From Hydrurus foetidus (lineage: Eukaryota): a stretch of 20,000 nucleotides of DNA. Numbering within the stretch: position 1 is the stretch's first letter; each line of letters begins with the position of its first letter. The translations under genes and the position numbers were made by a program. The notes under the pieces were generated by a model. The model was not told the DNA's origin. It worked only from the letters and a program-made list of their open reading frames with translations, and made no database searches. Shown here piece after piece: positions 1 to 7,359 of the stretch. The DNA lies in NCBI GenBank assembly GCA_900617105.1, contig UYFQ01000732.1, forward strand, positions 174,244-194,243, written 5' to 3'.

Positions 1-528
1 GCCAAAGGCTTGCACGTGCTGCTGACAGACTTGGGCCTGCCCGATGGGTCTGGGCTCGACGTTATTCGCCACGCACGCAACCTGAACCCGGATTGCGAGC
101 CACTGGTGATCTCCATGTTTGGCGATGAAGACAATGTGCTGGCCAGCATTGAGGCTGGCGCGTTGGGCTACATCCACAAGGACAGTACCCCCGACGACAT
201 TGCGGCCACCATCCTGGAAATGCGCGCGGGAGGCTCGCCCATCTCGCCCATGGTGGCGCGTCGCATATTGGCTAAGCACAACAAGGGCAGCCGGAACCCG
301 GTGCCCACAACGCCCGTCGCCACCTCGACGGTATCCGCCCTGCTCTCACCCCGTGAACAAGAGGTGTTGGAGTTGATTTCTCAAGGGAATACCTATGCAG
401 AAATCGCGGCACTCCATCAATTGAGTCCCCACACGGTCCAAACCCATATCAAGCGGCTGTACTCCAAACTCAGTGTTCATACCCGGGGTGAAGCCGTCTT
501 TGAGGCCACCCGTATGGGATTGCTGTGA
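1..528 (+). CDS. NarL/FixJ-family response regulator (REC + LuxR HTH), 5' truncated by window edge
   Basis: Frame is open from base 1. REC motifs 'LLTDLGLPDGSGLD' and 'GALGYIHKD'; LuxR HTH 'LSPREQEVLELISQGNTYAEIA...TVQTHIKRLYSKL'. Stop overlaps the kinase start (GTGA, 525-528). Confidence 0.95.
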   Translation, partial: AKGLHVLLTDLGLPDGSGLDVIRHARNLNPDCEPLVISMFGDEDNVLASIEAGALGYIHKDSTPDDIAATILEMRAGGSPISPMVARRILAKHNKGSRNPVPTTPVATSTVSALLSPREQEVLELISQGNTYAEIAALHQLSPHTVQTHIKRLYSKLSVHTRGEAVFEATRMGLL

Positions 529-2444
529 AAGTTTTTTCGCGTCGCTTGGTGGAGGGCTTTGTTCTTGGCTTGTTGCTACTCTGTTGGAGTTTTGGTGCAC
601 AAGCAAAGGTTGATGAGTTAAAAACGGCGAGAGCGTTTTTGCAGGTCGCGTCGGACCTGCCCGAGGGTCTCCCCAAGGAAGAAATACGCGAGGCGGCCAA
701 GCTGCCGTTCCATTGGGACCGGAGCTTTCCCGGCACAACGGGGCAAGCAACTTTTGAAATTCCGTTTTCGCTGGAGTTTCGCCCGGCCTATCCCTACGCC
801 CTGTACATCCCCAGGATTGGCAATGCATATGCCATCTGGATCAATGATGTACTGGTGCAAAGCGATGGAGATCTCGCGCAAACCAATGGAGACGACTACG
901 CCAAGCTCCCCGTCTTTGTCACCATCCCGCCCAGCCAGCTTCGCAACGACAACACCATTCACATCCGCATCCGTGTTGACCGGGGCCGTAGAGGTGGATT
1001 GTCTTCCGTCATCCTGGGACCTCACCATGAGGTCTATCCCATTTTTCTAAAAGACCATCGTCTGAGGGAGTATGGGTCGCAAGCAGTAGCAACGCTCAGT
1101 TTGCTGGTAGGTCTGATTGCCATGGCTCTTTGGGCGACACAGGCAAACTTCCATCGCCACCATCATCAAGTGATGTCTGGTTTGGCACACGGGCAGGATC
1201 CGCTGTACCTCATGGCCGGGCTCGCTGAGTTGTTCTGGGCCTTCAGCGTAAGTGACTTTCTGATTGAGTCACCCATCTTGCCTTGGCCCTGGTGGGGGGT
1301 GCTGATGGTCACCGCAACCACCTGCTGGGCATGCCTGATGACCCTGTTCTGCGCCGAGGTCGCGCATTGGCGGCAATACAAGAGCTTTGTCTGGTTTCAG
1401 CGCTGGCTCATTGCCTTGGTCATTAGCTGTATTACCTCGACAATTGTTGCCCTGCAGTTTGGCTATCCGCTGGTGCTCACGGCGTGGTACGTAGTGTTTG
1501 GGACCACCTTTTTGGTCTTCATCGCCATCTTTGTGAAGGGGGCCTTTAGGGGTGCCAGTACTGCCCATCGTTTGGTAGCATTTTCTGCAGTGATCAATGT
1601 GGGGGTCGGCATCTATGACCTGTATGTGTTACGTTTTAGCGTGGACTACCGGGACAACACCTACTTGCGCTACTCATCCATCCTCTTTGGCATCACGCTG
1701 CTGTACATCGTCATCATGCGGTTTCGTTCGGTCAGCGAACACGCGCGAGACTTGATGGGTACCCTGGCAAGTCGTATCGCCCAACGCGAGAGCGAACTTA
1801 TGGATACCTATCAGAGGCTCGAAGAGTCCAACCGGGCACAAACAAAGAGCCTGGAGAGGACCCGGGTGCTACGTGACCTGCACGATGGCGTCGGCTCCCA
1901 CCTGAGCGTGGCGTTGCGTCAACTGCAAACTGAGAAGTACAGCCGAGAAGATGTTTTGCACACCGTGAGCGACGCTCTGGACCACCTCAAACTCTGCATC
2001 GACGCGATGAGTTTGCCGGCCGGCGACATCACGGCCGCGCTTGCCAATCTGCGCTATCGCCTGGATCCACGGCTCAAAGAGTCGGGCATTACCTTGCATT
2101 GGCACGTGGGCAAGCTTCCCATCGTCGAATATCTGAACGACAAAGCCATGCGCCAGTTGCAGTTCATTGTGTATGGAGCCCTGTCTAATGTGCTGCAGCA
2201 TGCGCGAGCCACAGAAATGCACATTCAAGCCAGCTGTTCGGCGCATGCAATTGAGCTGCGTGTTGTGGACAACGGCGTGGGGTTCGATAAGAACGAGCAG
2301 CGGCGCAAGGGTTTGCAGTCCATGCACGACCGTGCCAAGGTGATCGGCGCCTCCCTCTCCATCCATAGCCAACCGGGGATGACGATGGTGGAAGTAGAAA
2401 TTCCTCTGGCGCAGGGCGATTGGGTGATGTCGAGTCAGTATTGA
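525..2444 (+). CDS. Membrane sensor histidine kinase (signal peptide, periplasmic 7TM-DISM-like domain, ~7 TM helices, HisKA_3 + HATPase_c)
   Basis: N-terminal hydrophobic signal ending AQA; several TM segments; H-box 'RDLHDGVGSHLS', N-box 'ALSNVLQHA', G1 'DNGVGFD', G2 'KGLQSM'; coupled to the upstream regulator. Confidence 0.92.
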   Translation: MKVFSRRLVEGFVLGLLLLCWSFGAQAKVDELKTARAFLQVASDLPEGLPKEEIREAAKLPFHWDRSFPGTTGQATFEIPFSLEFRPAYPYALYIPRIGNAYAIWINDVLVQSDGDLAQTNGDDYAKLPVFVTIPPSQLRNDNTIHIRIRVDRGRRGGLSSVILGPHHEVYPIFLKDHRLREYGSQAVATLSLLVGLIAMALWATQANFHRHHHQVMSGLAHGQDPLYLMAGLAELFWAFSVSDFLIESPILPWPWWGVLMVTATTCWACLMTLFCAEVAHWRQYKSFVWFQRWLIALVISCITSTIVALQFGYPLVLTAWYVVFGTTFLVFIAIFVKGAFRGASTAHRLVAFSAVINVGVGIYDLYVLRFSVDYRDNTYLRYSSILFGITLLYIVIMRFRSVSEHARDLMGTLASRIAQRESELMDTYQRLEESNRAQTKSLERTRVLRDLHDGVGSHLSVALRQLQTEKYSREDVLHTVSDALDHLKLCIDAMSLPAGDITAALANLRYRLDPRLKESGITLHWHVGKLPIVEYLNDKAMRQLQFIVYGALSNVLQHARATEMHIQASCSAHAIELRVVDNGVGFDKNEQRRKGLQSMHDRAKVIGASLSIHSQPGMTMVEVEIPLAQGDWVMSSQY

Positions 2445-2522
2445 TGACTGACTTGCTTTGCTACTTCAGCAGAGCTGATGTCATCGAGGAGTGCTGGCCG
2501 TCAAATTTACGCAAACCCGCGA

Positions 2523-2701
2523 TGGAAGCATATCTGTGCCGCACGAAACCACAAGCGTGCCGTTTTGAAAATCGCTTTTGGATGGATCTGCATCAGCAAC
2601 GCGTTTTTTGGCTAAAAGCTGCCGAATTCACGCCTGAAATTGGAAGGTTTTGAAGTTGTACAGTGGAAGCATAAATGTTCCGCCCCCAATTGGAAGCATA
2701 A
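2523..2701 (+). repeat. Direct repeats TGGAAGCATA (2523-2532, 2664-2673, 2691-2700) plus partial TGGAAG at 2641
   Basis: Exact 10-mer seen three times within 180 bp of non-coding DNA; the second copy follows TGTACAG (2657-2663). Confidence 0.8.
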
Positions 2702-2739
2702 GTGGGCCTAAGCGGCCCAGATATGGTTCCAGTGACAGC

Positions 2740-2794
2740 GCCTAACGAGTAAGGTTAGATCGTGCGAAGCCACGATCTGAACCGATTGTTGGAC
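2740..2794 (-). other. attC-like recombination site (55 bp)
   Basis: Minus strand reads GTCCAAC-AATCG-GTTCAGAT-CGTG-GCTTCG-CACG-ATCTAAC-CTTACTC-GTTAGGC: R'' RYYYAAC, 5-nt spacer, 8-nt L'' with one unpaired base against a 7-nt L', central stem-loop, R' GTTRRRY. The right spacer is 7 nt, one longer than usual. Confidence 0.8.
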
Positions 2795-2991
2795 GAGCCC
2801 GGTCAGACCTACCTCTTCTGAAATTATCTTTTACGCCACATCGCCCGCGAAGGACCTTGGAACAAGCCAAGCCCGACGGTTGCGACGATTCAAGCCATCA
2901 TTGCAATGGTGCGTTGCCCAGTTGTGCTGATTTTGGCCGAGCCCAGCCACAGCACCCACTGGGCACTGGTGCGCTGGCGTTGATTCCCGAT

Positions 2992-4122
2992 TTAGCTGGC
3001 CGCAAAGTCCTTGCCGTTGCACGGCACCGGTGGCGCAATCACCGGCAAGATGCGTCGTCGCACGATAGCCATGACAGCGCCACAGCAGCGGCAAAGCAGC
3101 TTGGGTCGTTCAGTTGGAGTCGCTGATGCTGGTACTGATGAGGCGCAAGCCTTGCCACACGTCTTGAACACCAGCAAACGCAGCAACGCAATCAAGCGCT
3201 TGCTGTTGGGGTGCAAAAATCCATAATTGCGTGCACGCCGAAAACCCTTGGGCAACACGTGCTGCAACACCAGCCGTAAAAACTCCACCCCACTGACGGT
3301 GCGCTGCGCTGGCTTCTTGGTTTTGCTGTCCCGCCAGCGGTAGGTAACCTGCCCGTTCTCGCAGCGCAAAATATCCTTCTCCTGAATCACCCCCCGGTAC
3401 AAGTAGCGCCCCAAGTAGACCAAGGCCTTTTGACCATCACCCACAGACTTGCAATCCACCACCCACTTATCGGGCACGTCGGGCGGCAACGGCAACCCCA
3501 ACTCGCCCACGGCGGCCAGAAACTTGGCCCTAAACACCTTGGCCAGTGCCTTGTGGTTGAACAAATAGCCGTCCCCTTTGGAAGTCTTTCGCAATGAGCG
3601 CCACAAACCCTTATCGGCATCCAGTGCCGCCGCAGGCATGGCCACATGCACATGCGGGTGAAAATCCAGTTTGCGTGAATGCGTGTGCAGCACCGCCACT
3701 GCACCTGGGCTACCCTGCAACTGCCTGTGGTTCTGGCTGAACGTGCGCAGCGTCTCCCAGGCGCAATCCATCAAGGCGGCATAGAGCAAGCGCTGATGCT
3801 GCCAAACCAGGGTTCGCAGCTCAGCAGGCACGGTGAACGTGATCAGGAAATAGCTTCCCGGCACCAACGCCTGTGTCTGGCGTTCAATCCAGCGTTGGCT
3901 CTCAAAATGCTGACAGTGCGGGCAATTGCGGTGTCCACAGGAATGCGGCACCACGCGCTGCTCACCACAGTCGCCACAATGGGCCAACATTCCTGGGCCC
4001 AGGACAGAGCGACAGTTCTTCATGGCATTCAAGGCCTGGCGCTGACTGGGCAGCGCGTTGGTGCCGTGGTGCGTGAGGTAATCCAAACCGAAGCGCTCAA
4101 TGAGGGTGGAGAGCGTGATCAT
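2992..4122 (-). CDS. IS91-family (Y2/HUH rolling-circle) transposase, 376 aa
   Basis: N-terminal Zn-binding region 'CRS...HCGDCG...[11 protein letters not shown]'; 'YFLITFTVP'; HUH 'LHTH...FHPHVH'; tyrosine motif 'YLGRYLYR'; '[18 protein letters not shown]'. ATG at 4122 overlaps the recombinase stop (ATGA). Confidence 0.93.
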   Translation of the reverse strand: MITLSTLIERFGLDYLTHHGTNALPSQRQALNAMKNCRSVLGPGMLAHCGDCGEQRVVPHSCGHRNCPHCQHFESQRWIERQTQALVPGSYFLITFTVPAELRTLVWQHQRLLYAALMDCAWETLRTFSQNHRQLQGSPGAVAVLHTHSRKLDFHPHVHVAMPAAALDADKGLWRSLRKTSKGDGYLFNHKALAKVFRAKFLAAVGELGLPLPPDVPDKWVVDCKSVGDGQKALVYLGRYLYRGVIQEKDILRCENGQVTYRWRDSKTKKPAQRTVSGVEFLRLVLQHVLPKGFRRARNYGFLHPNSKRLIALLRLLVFKTCGKACASSVPASATPTERPKLLCRCCGAVMAIVRRRILPVIAPPVPCNGKDFAAS

Positions 4123-5050
4123 TTGACACCTGCCCAATCGATATTGAAGCGGTCCATCAAGGCCTCGATGCGAACACTGGCCTGATCGTTGGTGTGGCTG
4201 GTCAGATGGGTGTAGCGGGCGGTGGTCAGAATGCTGTAGTGGCCCAGAATCTTCTGCACCTCCAGCAGATCGACCCCGGACTCGATCAAATGTGTTGCAT
4301 AGCTGTGGCGAAGGCTGTGCGGGGTGATCTTTTTTTTAGCCCGCAGGAGACGGCCACTTGATGCAAAGCCTTTTGCACACCCCCACGGTCCAGCGGGGTA
4401 CGTGCGCTCTTGGCACCGGCCAAGCCGCCATGGCGGTTGGGGAACAAAAGCTCAGGATTGTGGTGGGTTTGCCAGAATCGGCGCAAGACATCCAAAGTGG
4501 CCTGTGGCAGCGGGACAAAGCGGTCCCGATTGCCTTTGGAGTCGCGGATATGCACGCGGTGGCGCACCGCATCGATGTCCGCCACAGTCAAAGCCAGTCC
4601 TTCGGAGAGGCGCAAGCCCAGGCTGTACAGCGTGAAATAGAACACCCGGTAGCTCAGGGTGTGGGTGGCCGCGAATATCGCTTGCGCCTCTTCGACAGTG
4701 ACGATATCGGGCAGGCGTGAAACCTTGGGTGGTTTGATGAAGTTGGGCATGCTCCAGGGCTTGCGCAGTACATGCAGGGTATAGAACTTGAAACCGTAAG
4801 GATCGATCTTGACCGCGCTCCAAGAATGCGAGGCAACCAGATCGTGGAAGTAGTCGGTCAGCTGCGCTGGCGACAGGTTGTCGATTTGGTGATCGAAGTA
4901 GTCCCCCATGCGTCGGATGGTGCGGGCGTAGGCGTCGATGGTCTTGGGCTGCAGGCCCTTGAGTTTGAGGTGCTTGAGGTGACTGCGGTACGTGCTGCTA
5001 AAGGGCTCAGCAAACGCGCTCGGATCGAACCCGCCGGGGTAAGTGAACAT
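4119..5050 (-). CDS. Tyrosine recombinase (XerD/IntI-like), full length (310 aa) only via a -1 frameshift at 4337-4330
   Basis: ATG at 5050 with GGAG upstream. Frame 0 has the N-terminal domain, 'GLRLSE' (Arg) and 'SKGNRDR' (Lys) and stops at 4286. The -1 frame continues [43 protein letters not shown]...WAGVK* to 4119, supplying HxxR, LGH and the catalytic Tyr. Confidence 0.9.
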
Positions 5051-5139
5051 GGGCAAACTCCAGGTAAGTTGAAGGTCAACATGCACCACAATGGAGGCAT
5101 GTGCCTACAGCTTACGAATTCACCGAATGGGGTTCCACT

Positions 5140-5161
5140 CCGCGTAGCGGCTTCGTCCAAC
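5140..5161 (-). other. Element 5' terminus: GTTRRRY core site (GTTGGAC) with subterminal hairpin CCGC-GTA-GCGG
   Basis: Plus strand CCGCGTAGCGGCTTCGTCCAAC. The hairpin at 5140-5150 lies upstream of the genes, where IS91-family terIS palindromes are found. Confidence 0.65.
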
Positions 5162-5239
5162 AGCCCTACTGGCGGGTAATCCATTGAAAAGAAGGGCTTA
5201 GACCCCTAAAATCAAGCGATCTACCCTCAGGAGAACGCT

Positions 5240-5434
5240 ATGGACGTTAGCAAAGCCAAGCCCGCACAAGTGCAACAGGCCCAAGCGCTCAAGCGCACCG
5301 ATGAGTCCCGGCAAACCCAACAGCGCGAGACCCAGGCCAAGGCACAAGCCCCCAAAAAGGCGGAAGAGCCCAAGCGCCCCGTGGTGAATGCCCAGGGGCA
5401 GACCACAGGCCGACTGCTCAACGTCAGCGCCTGA
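5240..5434 (+). CDS. Small Gln/Lys/Ala-rich hypothetical protein (64 aa)
   Basis: AGGAG RBS before ATG; GC-rich third codon positions; C-terminal motif shared with the next gene. Confidence 0.8.
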   Translation: MDVSKAKPAQVQQAQALKRTDESRQTQQRETQAKAQAPKKAEEPKRPVVNAQGQTTGRLLNVSA

Positions 5435-5470
5435 GTCCCACCCCTCCACCCATCCTCCAGGTCGACGGCC

Positions 5471-5902
5471 ATGGTTGCCATCACCGCCACCAACAGCGCA
5501 ACGCCTTCTTTGCAGGCGTCGCTGAGCATGGTGCACCTGGAGCAGGCCAAGCGGGAGGCGGACACGGCGGAGGCCAGGGCCCAAGACCTGCGCGCGCAGG
5601 CGAACGACGCCGAACGTGAAGCGCAAGGCCGCAAAGACAATGTGCGCGAGCTGAGCAGTAGCGCCAGCAAGCCGACCGACACGCCCACCAGCAGCACCTA
5701 CAGCGCACCGTCAATGTCTACGTCCACGGCCAATTTCATCGCCGTGCCGAGTGCCACCCAGGAGTTTTTGGTACGCATGTACAAGGCCACCAGCCCGCAG
5801 TTCGCTGCCAGTGGCAACGCCCTCAAGGACGACAGCGAGGCCGCCCCGACCATCAACACGCTGGGGCAGGCCACGGGGCGCATCGTCAACCTCAGCGTCT
5901 GA
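5471..5902 (+). CDS. Hypothetical protein (143 aa): coiled-coil N half, Ser/Thr linker, shared C-terminal motif
   Basis: 'LEQAKREADTAEARAQDLRAQANDAEREAQ' has coiled-coil character; ends PTINTLGQATGRIVNLSV. Start codon uncertain (weak RBS). Confidence 0.75.
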   Translation: MVAITATNSATPSLQASLSMVHLEQAKREADTAEARAQDLRAQANDAEREAQGRKDNVRELSSSASKPTDTPTSSTYSAPSMSTSTANFIAVPSATQEFLVRMYKATSPQFAASGNALKDDSEAAPTINTLGQATGRIVNLSV

Positions 5903-5917
5903 CGTCATTATTAATTT

Positions 5918-5974
5918 TTTGCATAGTTAGCAAATGAAGTGGCCTTGGACAGGTCGCCGTGGCAAGCCTACATT
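5918..5974 (+). promoter_or_regulatory. Candidate gdhA promoter with upstream dyad
   Basis: TTTGC-N7-GCAAA dyad (5918-5934, contains T-N11-A) in an AT-rich patch; TGGACA (5946-5951), 17 bp, TACATT (5969-5974); AAGGAG RBS before ATG 6007. Confidence 0.5.
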
Positions 5975-6006
5975 GCGGGCCATGACGACCACCACAAGGA
6001 GCTTTC

Positions 6007-7332
6007 ATGTCGCAATCCCACGCTAACCCGGCGTCTCCCGCACACCCTGCAGCCGCCACCCATGCGCTGCCTTCTTACCTGCAGGCCGATAATCTCGGCC
6101 CCTGGGGCATTTACCTGCAACAGGTGGACCGCGTCACGCCCTACCTGGGCCACCTGGCGCGCTGGGCCGAAACCCTGAAGCGCCCCAAGCGTGCGCTGAT
6201 CGTGGACGTGCCCATTCAGCTGGACAACGGCACCGTGGCCCACTTTGAGGGCTACCGCGTGCAGCACAACACCTCGCGCGGCCCCGGCAAGGGCGGTGTG
6301 CGGTTTCACCAGGATGTAACGCTGTCCGAAGTGATGGCGCTGTCAGCCTGGATGTCGATCAAGAACGCCGCGGTGAACGTGCCCTACGGCGGCGCCAAGG
6401 GCGGCATCCGCGTGGACCCAAAGACCCTGTCGCGCGGCGAGCTTGAGCGCCTGACGCGCCGCTACACCAGCGAGATCGGCATCATCATCGGGCCCAATAA
6501 GGACATCCCTGCGCCTGACGTGAACACCAACGAGCAGATCATGGCGTGGATGATGGACACCTACTCCATGAACACCGGCTCAACCGCTACTGGCGTGGTG
6601 ACGGGCAAGCCGATTGACCTGGGTGGCTCACTCGGCCGGCGCGAAGCTACCGGCCGTGGTGTGTACACCGTGGGCGTGGAAGCAGCACAGCACATCGGCC
6701 TGGACATTGCCACTTCGCGCGTTGCGGTGCAGGGCTTTGGCAATGTGGGCGGCATCGCCGGCAAGCTGTTCGCCCAGGCCGGCGCCCGGGTGGTGGCCGT
6801 GCAAGACCATGGCGGCACGATCTATCAGGAGTCTGGCCTGGACGTGCCGGCCCTGCTTGCCCACGTAGCGGCCCATGGATCCGTGGCCGGGTTTACACCG
6901 GCCGAGGTGATTGCCAATGACGCGTTCTGGGATGTGGACTGCGACATCCTGATTCCCGCGGCACTGGAGCAGCAGATTACCAAGGCGAATGCCGGGCGCA
7001 TCAAGGCCAAGCTGGTGATCGAGGGCGCCAACGGCCCGACCACGCCCGAGGCCGATGACATTCTGCAAGAGCGCAATGTGTTGGTTTTGCCGGACGTGAT
7101 TGCCAACGCGGGTGGCGTGACGGTGAGCTACTTTGAATGGGTGCAGGACTTCTCCAGCTTCTTCTGGAGCGAGGACGAGATCAACGCCCGCCTGGTGCGC
7201 ATCATGAAGGAGGCATTTGCAGCCGTCTGGAATGTGGCGCAAGACCACAAGGTGAGTTTGCGCACCGCCACCTTCATCGTGGCATGCAAGCGCATCTTGC
7301 ATGCACGCGAGCTGCGCGGCTTGTACCCCTGA
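6007..7332 (+). CDS. gdhA: Glutamate dehydrogenase (Glu/Leu/Phe/Val dehydrogenase family)
   Basis: '[10 protein letters not shown]', '[10 protein letters not shown]', 'DIPAPDVNT', NAD(P)-binding 'VQGFGNVG', 'EGANGPTT', '[14 protein letters not shown]'. Confidence 0.96.
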   Translation: MSQSHANPASPAHPAAATHALPSYLQADNLGPWGIYLQQVDRVTPYLGHLARWAETLKRPKRALIVDVPIQLDNGTVAHFEGYRVQHNTSRGPGKGGVRFHQDVTLSEVMALSAWMSIKNAAVNVPYGGAKGGIRVDPKTLSRGELERLTRRYTSEIGIIIGPNKDIPAPDVNTNEQIMAWMMDTYSMNTGSTATGVVTGKPIDLGGSLGRREATGRGVYTVGVEAAQHIGLDIATSRVAVQGFGNVGGIAGKLFAQAGARVVAVQDHGGTIYQESGLDVPALLAHVAAHGSVAGFTPAEVIANDAFWDVDCDILIPAALEQQITKANAGRIKAKLVIEGANGPTTPEADDILQERNVLVLPDVIANAGGVTVSYFEWVQDFSSFFWSEDEINARLVRIMKEAFAAVWNVAQDHKVSLRTATFIVACKRILHARELRGLYP

Positions 7333-7359
7333 TACGCAAGGCGAGAACCTCAGCGGACG

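Larger units (their letters stand above)
2746..5160 (-). mobile_element. Tyrosine recombinase + IS91-family transposase element with cassette-like boundaries (G/TTGGAC ... attC)
   Basis: Two coupled mobility genes; imperfect inverted repeats GTTGGACGAGCC (2788-2799, +) and GTTGGACGAAGCC (5161-5149, -); no target duplication seen. Exact ends depend on the model: 2746-5160 as a cassette, or 2791-5161 if inserted into a pre-existing attC. Confidence 0.8.

Noticed and set aside
2420..2653. 77-aa plus-strand ORF after the kinase
   Set aside because: No recognisable motif or RBS, overlaps the kinase 3' end and spans the repeat region; likely spurious.
2523..2701. CRISPR-like array
   Set aside because: Repeats are only 10-11 bp with irregular spacing (141 and 27 bp) and there are no cas genes.
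2831..3126. Short ORFs on both strands at the transposase 3' end
   Set aside because: They overlap the transposase or its structured tail and show no protein features.
5155..5203. Possible second attC upstream of the element (minus GTCTAAG-CCCT...AGGGCT-GTTGGAC)
   Set aside because: The putative R'' is GTCTAAG rather than RYYYAAC, and there are no L boxes or central stem; only a short inverted repeat.
5195..5225. Sigma-28 promoter for the small genes (TAAA/TAGA ... GCGAT)
   Set aside because: Spacing does not fit the ~15-bp consensus and the -10 match is weak.
7333..7359. Bidirectional terminator between gdhA and the DUF1178 gene
   Set aside because: The 27-bp gap has no convincing hairpin or U-tract.
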